Positions 1-13,640 of a DNA stretch of 64,000 bases are shown in pieces. Positions within the stretch are counted from its first letter, which is position 1; each line of letters opens with the position of its first letter. This DNA is from Lepidodermella squamata. Taxonomy: Eukaryota; Animalia; Gastrotricha. Made by a program: the position numbers and the translations under genes. The stretch covers positions 2,852,001-2,916,000 of the forward strand of contig JBLDXI010000003.1 in NCBI GenBank assembly GCA_047495785.1. The letters run 5' to 3'. A model generated the notes under the pieces. It was given only the letters and a program-made list of their open reading frames with translations, did no database searches and was not told where the DNA came from.

Positions 1-3000
1 TTTGGCGCCGAAGCCAGGCCCGCAGGCATATCGCACGGCTGATGTTGGGGTGGACGGCAGGGTTGAAGTGAAATTTTGCCAGATTATGTTGCCGTTCTCA
101 ATGATTGGAGCCGGTCCGCAAGTTACTAAGAATGAAATAAAGATAATTATAATCCATTCGAAGGTTTAAATTCATTATAAATGCCTAGAATTGGATAAAA
201 TTTTCGAAATTCCAAACTTTCAACACATTTTTAGGCAAGAAAATTAATCTCTAACGATCAATCCACGTATTTAATTTTGGGTCATCCTGTCTCTGGAACC
301 AAATTTACGGTGAGCGTAACCTAATTAGCTGTTGTGGAACCAAATTTCGGAATATTCATGGGGCCTGAAACCACTTTTCAGAACTTCCCAAGCAGTTATT
401 ATAGCCCATCTTAATTATAAATAATTTATTTTCAGCGTAAAATTCTTTGCAAGACGTATTGTTTACTTAAGAAATCTCAAGTTGCCCCACATTTTTGAAT
501 TTTTTTAGAATCAAAATTCGGCACGTTTTGAGTTAAGTTCCGCAACAGCAAATTATAGATTCCGCCCACCTTAAATTTGATTCCGATAAAGAATATTCTG
601 TTTAATTTTGGGTACTTGGCATGTCAGCTAAAATTGAGGTTGAAACCATAATAGAGAAAAATGAGAATGAAAAAATCACTGATTAGTAATAGGATCGATA
701 CTTGGAATCTACTTGGAACTTGGAACTTGGATACTTGGAATCTACTTGGAACTTGGAACTTGGATACTTGGAATCTAAAAATATTGAGATTCTGGAAAGG
801 AATAAAACTCGAAAACTAGTTTTGAATCCACCAACTTCGCATTGAATTTTGGCCAACTTTTCCCAATTTACAAAAATCAAACTTTCCAAGCCGATTGGAA
901 AGGACTTTCCATTTCGAAAAGGTCATTCTAACGAAATTCAAAAATTCTTATCGAATTTTTCCTGATATCGCAAAATAAAAAAAAACGAATCCAGTTCGAA
1001 ATCGAATTCAGTTTAAAATTGAAAAATTAAAATTAAATTAGGAATTAGAGCAGGCTCTTGGCTTAAAATTTGAATAGTAATAATTCAGAAAAAATCCATA
1101 AAAAATTGAGGTGGATGTTGAAATCAGTAAACTTACAGACGCAGCGCGGCAACTGGCTCCACTGGCTATTTTTGTCGCAATACGCCGTATTGACGCCATA
1201 AGTCGCGTAGCCTCGATCGCACGTGTAAAACGCCGAGTCGCCAGCCACGCTTTTCCGGCCCTGATACGTCGTCCGCTCCAATTTCCCGTTCGGAATTTTC
1301 GCCTGAGCATCGCCACACGTCTGCGCCTTGCTCCAGTCGACAGCGCAAGCCGGCGGCGCCGACCAGATGCCGCTGTCCAGACACGTCACGGTCGGCGTGC
1401 CCTGCATAACGAAGCCGAAATCGCAGATGAACGTGATTTTATCGCCGGCTAGTGCTTGCAGGGTATTGTAAGTCCGGCCGGTTTCATGGCCGTTCAAAAC
1501 CTTCGGAACCCCGACGCAAAACGCGGCAGCGGTTTGGCAGCTCGGGACATTCGACCAGTAGCCCTTATCGCCGCAGGTTACCACACTGGATCCGGATAGG
1601 GTGAAGCCATCCGAGCAGCTGTAACGCACAACTGATCCTAGGCCGCTTTTATCGCCGCTGAAACTTGAGCTGGTCACGAAGCCATTCGCGAGGCTAGGCG
1701 CGGCGCCGCATGACGACGAACACGTTGGGACATTCGCCCATCTTCCGCTTGTCTCGCACGAGGCAATGGCGTCACTCGACGACATTGCGAAGCCGTTAGT
1801 GCACTGATATTTCGCAGTGTCCTAGGTAAAAAAAGACCACCCTAGCAACGGCGGTAACCAAGGACGCTGTCAACTTACCCCGGGTGCACTCGGGCGTGAC
1901 GAGAAACTGACGCTTTGAATAACGGAATTGGCGACATTTGGCGGGTCGCCGCACGTTCGAGGCTGGTCTCCGACACATTGAGGCAGTATCGACCAACTTC
2001 CGTCGTTCAAACAGGCAACTTTAACAAGGAAAAACAAATATTTACAAGATTCGGATGAATTTTGATCGGGGAAAATCGATTTTTATCGATTGAATGGTAT
2101 CGATAGATAATCAATAATAGAAAATATCGTGATGCCTCACTAATTTCGAAGATCCGTAAACCTCAAAAGTTCCCAAGTTTCCCAAGGCCGTACTGGAATA
2201 GAAGAAAGTCAATCACCGATCAGTGGAAATCGATAATCGATAATCGATAAATTTGGTCAGTGCTCCCATGTATTTGAATTTTAGGGCTTCTCTAATTTTT
2301 AGATTATAGAAATTGTAGATTAGATTTAGATTTTCAAAAATAAATGAAAAATATAATATTTCAGGAGACAGAGTAAGGGTTAGCAGTGGTTTATTTCGAT
2401 TCTTACCATCTCTCCTGCCTTGCATTGTGTAGCCAACATTGCAGATGAACGTGACGTAGTCGCCAATTGCAGCCTGAGAAGCTCCGGTCGGGAAAGATCG
2501 GCTGAATTCGCGAGCATTTTTAACGCTTGGAATGACAACGCATTTCGTTTCCTGCGACGAACAGACTGGGATATTGCCGTACCACAGGCCGTCATCGCCA
2601 CATGTCATCAATCCATCGCCACTGAGTTGATAGCCGGTGTTGCAAACATAGCGGACGAATGAACCGGGACGGCTTGTTTCGGAGTAGTTTTTCGTATCAA
2701 CTTGGCCGTTCAAAACAACAGGGGGAGATCCGCAACCAACTGTAAAATTAGGAAAAACCACATTTGCCTCAAAATTTTATTATTTCGAAATTTCGAAAAA
2801 TTTCAATAAAAATATTAAGAAATTTGAAAAATTATTTGAAATTTAAGGAATTTCTGGGAATTTTTCATTTTAAAATTTAAAATCCAAGAAATCATAAATT
2901 TTTTTTAATTTGAAAAGTTACAGAAATATGACTTACGTGTGCATCCTGGTAATGGGGTCCACTGTCCATTTTCTTGACACCTTACATTAGCTGGGCCCAC

Positions 3001-6000
3001 CAGTACGTATTGACTGTCACACAAGTAGACGACATTGTCCCCAATTTTACTCTTGACACTCGAGGCGTAGTCGAAGGACGCGCTTTGGATCGACCCATAC
3101 GGCAATCTCAGCGGCAATCCGCAACTTGTGGGGGTTGCCGGGACGTCCGGAATACAAACCGGCTCCGGGGTCCAGGTGCCATCGTAGAGGCAAACCACGG
3201 TCGAAGTGCCGCTTTCAATGCGATAACCACGTTTGCATTGATAGGCAACTCGATCACCGTCTTGAGGTTTCCGGCTGTCAGGCCACGTTCGGTTGAACAT
3301 TTCACCGTTTCTGATGATAGGCGGCGTTTGGCAGTAGATGATTTCGCAGGTTGGCAGGACGGTCCATTGAAGATTCGCGCCGCAGAATACCATGTCGAGG
3401 CCCATGAGGCGAAACCCGGCTCGGCATCGGAATCGAATGTAAGATCCGACCTCGCTGCGATCGCCCGAAAAATTGCTCGAATAGACGTAGCCATTCTGAA
3501 TAATGGGCGAGCCGCCACATCCAGCTTAAAAAAATTAAATATCGAATTAAAATTCCGAAATTATTGAAAATTTAAAAAAAATCGAATTAGGATAAAATTT
3601 AAATTTCAAGAATTGTTACAGAATTTTTTCAAAAATGAAATAAAATTTTAAGCCGCTTACGATTTGGCATGCATCGAGGCGGCTTGGTCCATTGTCCATT
3701 GGCCGAGCATGTGATGATTGGCTCATCGACCGGGTGATAACCAGTGTCACAAGCGTATCGAACCGTGTCATACCAGCTAGCTCGGTTCGAAGTGTAAGAC
3801 CTGCTCACAATTGCGCCATTCGCAATTAAAGGCGGAGTAGGGCACGCAGTCGCAATTTGACCTCCATGCTCTATAAAAAATGCACGAATTTATGAAAACT
3901 AAATTAAATTAAATTTTTGCAAAATTATTGTTATTGGAACAAATAATTGTTTGCCACTCACAAATTCTAATAAAAAAATTAATATTTCGCTATAAATATT
4001 CTATATAAATAGCTGTGAAGCCTAAAATACCTCCTTTTCATCAAAATTTCAGGGTTTATTTACAAATTTTTTGAAATTTTAATTCTTCAGTTTTTTTAAT
4101 TTAACTTACGGCAGACTGGAATTATATTCCATTGACCGTCTCGCAGGCACGTGATAGTGTCACTTGTCGTGAGAGTGAGGCCGATTTCGCACGCGTATTT
4201 CGCGTAAGAGCCGACCACGCTTTGATCTTCATGAAAATTTTTAATCACAATCCGCCCGCCGTCGACAACAGGCGGCTGGCCGCATGATACAACACATTGC
4301 GGTTCTGGCTCCCATTGCTGCGAAAATCGATCGCATTGAATGGTCTTCTTGCCGACGAGCGTGAAGCCCTGGAAGCAGTCATACGTGACCGAATCGCCGA
4401 CTATGCTTATCCGGCCGGGAAATGTGGTCGACAAAACTTTCCCATTGTCGATTTCAATCGCCTCGCCACAAGTTACTTGGCCTTGAATTTTGAAAAAAAA
4501 ATCAATTTTGTTATCGATTTGTCGATTTTCTGTGTACCTCCGGTCGATACCGGTTGCGCCTGCGCCTGTCGCGCCTTTGGATCCATAGATTGCGCCTCAG
4601 CTGGCACCTCGATCGGCCCATCGTTGGTACCTAATAATCGCACGTGTTATATTTTATTAAGGCGGCGTGAAAAACAATAATAAATGACGCACCATTATTT
4701 TGCAATGTCGCTATTGCGTCGTTCGCTTGTTTACGCGCACACTTTGGCCTGTAATAAGGTGCCACAAAAAAGCCGATTAATAAACACCACGGGTGTGGCA
4801 ATTGACTTACTTGTCCGACCACTCGCCGGTGTAGTAATTGCACGTGACGACGGAAAATTTTGTCTCCAGCTTAAAACCTGGGTGGCATTCGTACTGAACA
4901 AATTCGAATGGCGCCATGGTTGTCGAGGCTTGGGTTAAGGCCGGTGGGCTCATCGTAGTGTTTCGAACGCGGAAAACACCAATTCGAGCATTAAACACCT
5001 CAGGAGCCATTCCGCAAGTTCCAGATATGACATTTTCTGAAAAAAAACTGATTTGACAAAAAAATCGGACTTTCCGGAATTTTTTTCACCTCGCTTATTT
5101 TGGGGGGCAATTTCGCACTCGGGTAAATGCGGGAAGCCGACCCAGGTGCCGTTTTGTGAGCACCCTACAATTGACATTGTCGTCATTCGAAAGCCGACGA
5201 TGCAGTCGTATATGACAGTGTCGAGCCATGTTGACGGCCGGTTGGCGTAGGACCTGCGAGAAACGCGAGCGTTCGGAATTTTCGGCGGGTCGCCACACGT
5301 GATTGCACCCGGCGCCAGTGTGGCGGTAGGGCTAGAGCCGGACGAGAAAGAGGCACCGGCTACGGCCGACCGGGCGATGACTGACATCTGAGGTGTGACG
5401 CATTTAGGCAGGGCCGACCAAGAACCGTCAGGCCGGCAAAACATCTCACTGCCCGCAAGGACATACCCCTGATTGCACCTAAAAAGTGAGAAAAATTGGA
5501 AAAAATTCGAATAATAATTAATTAATTCCCAAAATAATTAATAAATAAAAGAAAATGAAATTTATAATATAAATTTATTAAAAAAAAAATAAAAAATTCA
5601 AGTTTATATTAAATTGAAAATTTATAAAATTGTAAAAGTGTTAAATTTTTTAAAATTAAACAAAATTTCCATAATTAAATGGAAAATGCTTATAAATTTA
5701 GTTTTTTACCTGTAAGTGACACTATCACCAGGGACAGGCCGAATGTCATAACTTCGAGTAATAATCTCGCCATGTTCGATTTTTTCTTCAGCCAAAGGAC
5801 AGGTCACTTCATCATCGTCCGCCGGTTTTGTAACTTGAGAAAAAATTATCAAAATCTTTAAAAATATTTTAAAAAAATTGCTTACTGCTTTGAAGCCTTT
5901 CGTTGATTTTCGACGGGACGCAGACTGGTTTTTCAGACCAGCTGAAGGTACCATCTCGATTCTCCTTGCAAATCACCTTGCTCTGGGACCCGGGCGCCAG

Positions 6001-6945
6001 GGTGAAGTTGGTCATGCACATGTAATGAATAACATCGCCAATTCGGCTCTGCTGGTTGAACGACTTGATAGAAACAGTTGCGAGCGGGATTTCAGGCAGT
6101 TCACTGCCACACGAGCCGAGGCAAACTGGGACAGGCGTCCAGACACCCTGGACACAAGTCGCGTAGACAGTCGAGCCAAGGGCGTAGCCTGGGTTGCAAG
6201 AGTACAACGCAAAATCACCCGGGTTGAACTTGCCAAGGATCCTAGACGTCGAGGGTGAGGCCACGATTTTGCCATTATTGATTTGAGGCGGCGATCGGCA
6301 TAATTTAACCGCGCCGAGTTGCGACTCAATCAGCGGGGTGACTGTTATCGATAGAGCTGGTTTTCGCCCGGTTGCTTTCGCGCCCAACTCGCCGCCAACT
6401 CTCAACTGGGTGATCTGCCTTAGCTGGACATTAGACATGAAACCGACGTAGGTCTTGAAATTTCGTGATGAGTCATCGGTAATTGACCGGTACGGCACGA
6501 TGAGCTGGTCCTGGGGTGTGTCCCATTTGTCGTAGAAAATGCCGATCACGTTTTGCCGCGTGATCCTCAGCGTGACATTTTTCGGCACTTCGAACGTTTC
6601 AACTCGGTTACCACTCGGCCGCGACGCTTGAATTCCGACGTAGTCGAGCAGTTGGTAGTAAACCGGGCTTTCGGTGTCGTTTGTGTCGAGTTGAAGGGCC
6701 TGGAACACGCCGAGGTAGAACCGGACCGGGCTTAGGCTGGTCGCGGCGTTGCCGTAGGTCACGCTTGAAATGCGCCCATCACAACTAGGCCGCATCCATT
6801 CGAAAACGTGTAGCAGGCTCGATGCGAATGGATAGCCGGCTTCTGAGTAGGAAGCGAGACTTTTTGGTAGACCGCTGAGTAAGCATGGTGATGTTGAATC
6901 GGCTCTTACAGCTGCGACAGCTGTTGCCAGTATCAAAATCAGCAT
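1..6945 (-). CDS. Secreted or surface multi-Sushi/CCP protein (>=18 CCP modules) with an unnamed N-terminal domain; 3' end runs off the window
   Basis: ATG at 6945 gives signal peptide MLILILATAVAAVRA (the ORF-track start at 6993 is a TTG). Phase-consistent GT-AG exons: 6945-5886, 5833-5710, 5478-5090, 5036-4811, 4748-4735, 4630-4538, 4481-4110, 3870-3661, 3524-2937, 2739-2407, 2018-1879, 1821-1137, 125-<1. Repeated C-xx-PP-xI-xNG...Y-x-C-xx-G(Y/F)...C...G-x-W...P-x-C CCP consensus. Confidence 0.9.
697..777 (+). repeat. Intronic minisatellite, 33-bp unit x~2.5, built from CTTGGAA heptamers
   Basis: GATACTTGGAATCTACTTGGAACTTGGAACTTG at 697-729 and 730-762, partial copy at 763-777. Confidence 0.9.
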
Positions 6946-8162
6946 AACGAAAGGCTTTTTCCTCTCCCACTTTTTACAGTGGAGATTAGACAAAATTTCA
7001 AGTCAACAATTCTATCTAAGAAAATCAGAAAAAATTAAAATAATTTCGAAATAAATGTCGCTAAATGAGTCTAACAAGTACCTAAAGCGGGAATAATAAT
7101 TACTTTCGGAAAAGCTCAGTGCAGCGTTGTTTGCCCACGCATTAGTACACGAGGTTTCGCTGGCCGGCAAATCTTCCTTTTACCGTCTCATACTTATACC
7201 GGCACGCGAATACCACACCAAATTTATAATACCTTCATGCATAAAAAGGCGTGAAATAAATAAAATAATTCAATCGTCGCAAGTATCGACAGTTGCAAGT
7301 AAGTATAGAGGCGATGGTCACAAAGGCCGGGTGCAAGCGCGCGCGCGCTTCGCTCTCTCTGTTTTGGTGTCCACACAGCCTGGTCGCGGTCGATTTTTGC
7401 GTTCGGCGCGGTCAGCGTGCGCGCATGAAGTGCGTCAATTATTAATTGCGCGAGATACACGCGACGCGCGCGCGCACACACATTTTTAAATAGTTTCGGT
7501 AGAAAATAATATCTAGCTAGGATTTTATACTATTTATCGCATATATTACACGAGATAGGAAACGTCGCAGCGTGACGAATGATCATTGCGTAAAAATAGC
7601 GAAGAAAAACAAAATACAAGGCGGCCTCATACTGAGCCGGTTATGTACCGGAGTCACCTTCCTATAGTCGCTATTAGGCAACCACCTTAAATAATAAATT
7701 AACACAACCCATCATAACATATCAATCCGCTCCAGCCGCTCTTATGCACCTGATTTTTGAGAAAATAATAACCCCTTAAACACTTGTTATTCTCTTCGAA
7801 AATAACAACAACCACTTGATTTCAAGCGGTAATTGTGCCAGATTAAAATGGGACAGTTCGTGAATAAACAAAATTGAGGCGTAAACAGTTAATTGATCTA
7901 CCTTTATCTCACCTTTCAGAAAACAAATAATACAAAAAAATGCACCGAAATTTGCGGAAAAAGAGAGGCAACATTTTCTTCATCAGTGCTGATTTATTTT
8001 TAGGACTTTTAACACGCAATTAATACATCATTAAGGTAACGATGAGGCATCAGTACATCGCATTTGGAATTCGCAATTGTCATGAGTAGATTTTTTTGCA
8101 CTTAATTTTCAATAAAAACTGCGAATAAAAAAAACTTGAAATCACAACAATTTTTTTCCGGT

Positions 8163-10797
8163 TCATTTCTCTTCAAAAATCATTGTCGAATAATATTCGG
8201 GCGCCGTAGTTTCGACTAGAGGTGTCATGGTTGTAGATGAGGATGATGACTGCTGGGCAGGGGCAACAACTTTTTTCTTCATGTAAGTCGGCTTGTCGCA
8301 GTAGAAGCCAACCGACCACGAACCATCGGCTGAGCAGAAAACGTTGGGAGATCCGCGCAAAAATGCAGACTTGTCGCGACATTGATAGGTTACGTAATCG
8401 CCCGCTCGGCTGTAATAAGTCTCGCTATCAGTTGCGCTAGTGATGGATCTAGCGACTTCTTTCGCGTCCAAAAAATCTATCGGCTGGCCACAGCTGAATA
8501 TCGAAGAGGCTCGAGAAGGCTTTTCCATTTCTGAAAGAATGACAAATATTTTTTATTATTTTCTAAAAATTAAAAATTTCGTTTTAAATTTCTTCCTTAA
8601 AATCTCCATGTCATAAAATTCTATCATTTTTTTCTATTTTTTCCTACCTTTTGAAACGCATTTAAGGCTTACTGCCCAAGTTCCATCAGCAATGCAAACC
8701 GCTTTTGACAGTCCAATAGATTTGAACCCACGCTGCTGGTTGCACTCAAAGTAGGCGAAATCGCCGATTTCACTGACCCGGTCGTTCCACGACTTCATTC
8801 TCAGACTAGCAGCTGTGAAATTCGGCACTACACCGCACGAAGATGGTAGATGTTTCTTGTCAACAGGTAGATGCGAGAGTTGCGGATTCTCTTGGTCTAG
8901 CATTTTCAGGCAAATTATGCCATTAGACCAGTCGCCGTTTTCCATGCATGTCGCGGAGGGTGATCCTTCAAGCCGGTAGCCTTCATTACAGCGGTAGGAA
9001 ATCATGTCACCTGCAAATGGGTAGGTTCCGACTGCGAACGTTTGAGATAGGATGTAGCCGTTTGGAACTCGCGGGAGTCGGTAACATCGCGGTTTTGCGA
9101 TTAGGCAGGATGGCACGGGTGACCAGAAGCCGCCATCTTGGCACACAATATCGGCCCCGAAATCCGACCCGGGTACAAGCTGATAGCCCTCCAAACACCT
9201 ATTGAAAAAATTGAACATAAAATATGCAAAAATTCGGAAAAATATTACAAAATAAAATCGAAAAAATTCGAATTTTGAAAAATTTAAGAATGGCTCACAT
9301 AAATGTTACTCGGTCTTTTGGTACGGCTACATTGTCGAAGGTTCTCGATAGAATCACGCCATTTCGAATAGGGTAAATCGGGGTCACGCACGTTGCTGAA
9401 ATTTTGGTTAAAATTAGGTCATTCAATTTAAGAAAATAGGTCAAGCTCATACGTTGTTCTGTAATTGGCGGTAAGGTTCTTGGCGTAGTAGTTGGTTCTA
9501 TAATAAAAAATTAAAATTATTGAAATTAAAATTTTGGCGAAAATTAAATTCACTTGGGATTGAGCTTTTACCTAATAGCAAACATATCGGAAGTTCGGAC
9601 CAAGCTGGTCCGCCCCGGCCAAATTCGCAGAAGACGCGATAATTGCCGAACAGCGTAAAATCAGCTTTACACGCGTACTGAACTTCGTCGCCGATTTGAC
9701 TCAAGCCGCGGAAAAATTGGCGAACCGGAAAACCGTTCTCAACCATCGGAATTTTCTCGCCGCAAGACGTTCGCGGGTTCGAACTCGTTGTAGTCGACAT
9801 TGATAGCGTTGATGACTGCGGAACGCAGACTGGTAAATCGGTCCATTTCGGCCCAGGATTTGCGCAAATGACCTGAATTAATAGTAAAATTCCTCCTTAA
9901 TATGAATTTAATGAATTTTTAATTACTCACCCAATTTGACGAGCCATTTTTCAGCATGAAACCACGCCGGCAGTTGTAAATCACATCGTCCCCATGCCTG
10001 CTCAGCCTTTCAGTTGAATTAAACGACTTTTTAACGACGAAAGCATTCGCTACAGTCGGCGCATCTCGGCCGCAGGTTGGCCTTAAAGTCGTTGTTGTTG
10101 TTCTAGTTGTAGTCGTAGGTCTAATTGTCGTAGTTGTGGCATCATTTGGCGCGACGTCAATGATTAAAGCCGGAATTCGATCATCGACAGTTAGCGATAA
10201 ATCACTGCCTATTCTCATCTGATCAACCTGGGATAACTCGTCCAACCCAGCGAAACCGACATAACTCGGATAGGGCGAGGCATCGGACGGTATTTTCTTA
10301 TCAATCCCAGGCCTCGGTTTAGGCTTGACCAGACTTCGGTACCAAATCACGGAATAATTTTGCGGCGTGTCCCAGTTGTCGTAGAAAATTCCGAAATAGC
10401 TGTTCTCATTTACGCGGAGGACTTTTTCAGGAAAATCGATTTTCAACGCGCCCTCGCTTTCGTTCAACATCTGAGCCCGAAATCTCGGCACAAACACGTC
10501 GACCCCGACAAATCCAGTCATCTGGAAATAACTCGTTCGGCGCAGTCGTTTTAAAATGAAATTTCCAAGATAAAATCGGCGAGTTGCTACCAAATTCGGC
10601 GGCGTCGCGATTGTTATTGATTTAACAAAGCCGTTACAGCTAGGCTGCATCCAAGGGAAGATTTGAAGGAAAGTGCTGGAAAACGGGTACTGTTTGATGT
10701 TTTTTGGCCTGGCGCCAACCGCTCCGCATGACTGAGCGCGACATGTCGATAAAGCGAGGCAAATTATTGCGATAACAAGTAGAATATTGACACCCAT
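8163..10797 (-). CDS. Secreted 6-Sushi/CCP protein with the same unnamed N-terminal domain and Thr-rich linkers; paralog of the 1-6945 gene
   Basis: Signal peptide MGVNILLVIAIICLALSTCRA. Exons 10797-9931, 9872-9572, 9497-9453, 9395-9299, 9198-8648, 8530-8163 join in frame. Six CCP modules, S/T-rich tail, no transmembrane segment. Confidence 0.88.
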
Positions 10798-12355
10798 TTC
10801 ATAGCCTAAATAAACAATGAAAAAATGTAGGTAGAAAAATCTGAGCTTTTCGGGACATTAAATATTTAAGAGTAATTTTCTTAAAAATTCTAAATTTTAT
10901 AGCATTAGGTAATTATTATTTAAACACATTCTAGTATTTTTCGTAATAATAGCACACAGGTGGTTGCGCTATTTCTGGCTATAAAATTCAATTTAAATGT
11001 GTTATTTTCGCTCAAGATTTCCTTGTGCGCTTAATTAAAGCTGACCGCTGCTGCGTGAGCGCGCAGCAGTTGCGGCTTAATCACGCGAAGAAATGCGCGT
11101 AAGTATTCGAACAATAAAGGCGGCTGCGCATGTGCGCTCGCCTAAATTCGCCTCAATAAATATAACAGCGACATCAACAATCATAATTTATAATAACTGC
11201 GTATTTATTTTGTATTTTTACGCTCTCCACGTGAGCAAGGCGGGGCGCGCACCTTTTACGCAAATATAGCTTCTATTCATCAGAAGTTGTAGTGTAGTTT
11301 TTAAGCGCCCCTTGTCCCATTAATCAGCATGCTCTTTACGCCTTTCTCAGCCAAAGAAATCGCGTGTTTTAACAAGCGCCTGCTGGCATATTTAAAGATC
11401 TTACAATCGATTAATCTTGTTCTATGAACGAGGCTCGAGTTACTCGAATAAAAATGGTGGAAAAATTAAATGAGTGAAATTGACCAGAAAATCGCTGCTG
11501 TTTGATACGGCTAATTAAGCGAGAGCTCTTGGGATTCAAATGTTTTATCATTTAATATTTTGGATTCCAATCAGCCGTATAAAATGCTGGATCAAAAAAG
11601 GGATGGCGTCAAGGCTCAATTCTTAGCTGGTACCTAAGAAGAAATATTAAAACTCTGATATGTGTTTCAAAATTTCGGATTACTTGCCTATAATGTTGTT
11701 TGATAGTAGGAAAATCAGTTCGTTTACTCCTCTATTTTGATATTCAACTATACAGTATACTTTTCTGCCAATTATACACCATGTCCCAGCTTGCGTGATC
11801 TTTCTTTGAGTTGGCGCCTTTTCGAAGAATTTTCATAATTTCCCCCAAAATTGAAAGAAATATATTGTCGTAGTCTAATAAGCAATTAGTTGGATTGGGA
11901 GTCCACCTAGTTTTTTTGCCGATTTGCTCATAAACCTAGCTTAATATTCTTTACTAACAGATCCAATACACCAATTAGGATTAAATGGCAAAAAATTGCT
12001 TTAGTCGAACGTTTTGAGATCCCAACCGCGAAGATGGTCGGGAGTGGTTGTCTTGGCCTTTCTTTCTCTTTTATTTCGCCGAATGGCAATGGCTCCACCT
12101 TTAAAAAATAAATTCTTGCAAAGTAACCCGGAGATTTTAACTGGTTCGGAATAATCGGACTTTAACCCGATACCCGATAGGAGCAAATATCTCTTACACC
12201 TGTTGATTAGGTCATAGGTCATCTTTTATGACCATGAGAAAGCAGACCGCTACTCATGCAGAGGTATGAAATTGTCCTAGAAATTGTTCGACATTTTGGT
12301 GATGATTAATGCTTACGTATCTTGCACCCCGGATCTCTTATTCATTGTATTTAGT

Positions 12356-12437
12356 GATTAACGCATTCACACCGAGGTGAAACAAACAGGAAACGAATAA
12401 ATTAAAATTTGGGTTCGAGCGGTTTCAAATTGATGAC
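12356..12437 (+). promoter_or_regulatory. Conserved ~80-bp upstream element of the ALF-like genes, copy 1 of 3 (others at ~13824-13907 and ~14363-14443)
   Basis: Shared core (G)GAT(T)AAC(C)GCATTCAC...(C/G)AGGAAACGAATAAATTA...GGTTC(G/A)AGCGGT...AAATTGA(T/C)GAC lies upstream of both ALF-like ORFs and the relic ATG. The regulatory role is inferred. Confidence 0.55.
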
Positions 12438-12629
12438 CAGGGAGAGAAAATGACAGATTTACCGCAACGAATGCTAATTCATGCATGAATATCGTGTATA
12501 AGCGGCTCTTTTCCCCCACTGATTTCCTGAACTTCGAACCACTTTTTTCTGGTTTTAATGAGCGAGTATTAAGAGTGTACCTATTTCTTTTTATTTCGGT
12601 TTAAAGCCGGTGAATTCAATCAAATCAGC

Positions 12630-13046
12630 ATGAAGTTTTCAAGCCTGGCAGCCAGCTGCATCGTAGTCGCTCTGGCTATAAATTCATTCGTCAAAGCCGA
12701 CGAACTCGGCTCCATAGTCATGCCCTGCTTTCATAGCAACTGGGCTCAATGTGCCCTACAAGTTGGCGGGTTGGTTTTCAAGCTCCACAACTGGTCTGAC
12801 GGCGTTCCACACGATATTGGCGGTTACAGCTGCACCGGCAGCTACAAGGGACAGTTCAGAAAGTTCAAATGGGTTTGGGACGGCAGGTTCGAGTGCCCGC
12901 AGATAAGCTATGATATTACTGGCTATTCACGTGGGCTGAAGAGTCGAAGCGGCGCTGTTAAGCATGCTATCAATGATTATATTCAAAAGTTGGGCGAATC
13001 TGGACGAATGACGGATGAAGAGTGGCGAAATTTGGTTAAAGCTTAG
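12630..13046 (+). CDS. ALF: Anti-lipopolysaccharide factor (ALF)-like secreted protein, intronless, 138 aa
   Basis: Signal peptide. C-x20-C cationic/aromatic loop CTGSYKGQFRKFKWVWDGRFEC, followed by P...ITGYSRG-x-KSRSGAVKHAINDYIQK, matching the recalled ALF layout (C-x20-C-PGW...G....RS-x-SG....A..DFV-x-K). Extra N-terminal C-x7-C. Confidence 0.85.
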   Translation: MKFSSLAASCIVVALAINSFVKADELGSIVMPCFHSNWAQCALQVGGLVFKLHNWSDGVPHDIGGYSCTGSYKGQFRKFKWVWDGRFECPQISYDITGYSRGLKSRSGAVKHAINDYIQKLGESGRMTDEEWRNLVKA

Positions 13047-13640
13047 TAAAACGATTGATGGCTTGTTAGACTCAAGCATGGCCTAGCCTTGATGGAACAC
13101 TGAACGGTTATTTCCCTAAACAAATATCGATTTCACTCTGAGGTACTTATACCTTGATCAAAATTCAAGGACATTAAAAGAGTGAAAATTTGAAAATAGA
13201 CGCCTTATGATCTTTCATTTGAGCCAACGGCAGGCGGCGTTTGGTTTGAAATGAAAACTGAAGGCTAGATTTCAGCTAGTAATATTCATTTCTGAAGGTG
13301 TTTGCATAGCCAAGATTGTTGTCCTAGACTCAACCTCGGCGTCACAATTTCGAATGCAACAATGTAATGAATTTTATTGAGATGCATAATAAATAATTTG
13401 AAATATCCCGTGTCTTTTTTTTATTTCATAAGATTTATAAGAAAACGCGCTTATAAGCCATAGAGAACCATGGAGAGCCCAAGCCCTAAGACGAAGAAGA
13501 GATGTCGATAATAAACGCGATTTCGATGTTCTGTACGTCATTCCTTTGACGTGCAGAGGGGTATCTTACGAGAGGTTGAAAGGTCCAGGCCATAACACCC
13601 GAAATAACCACGGGGGAGGGGTCGGGAAATGCCCCATAGA

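Noticed and set aside
683-889. 68-aa ORF with repeated DSKYPSSKFQV
   Set aside because: It is the translation of an intronic 33-bp minisatellite, starts at a non-ATG codon and has no splice support.
1038-6970. Many overlapping and antisense ORFs across the Sushi gene (e.g. 1111-1452, 2974-3567, 5878-6258)
   Set aside because: Shadow frames of GC-rich CCP exons. Only one phase-consistent minus-strand frame carries the CCP consensus.
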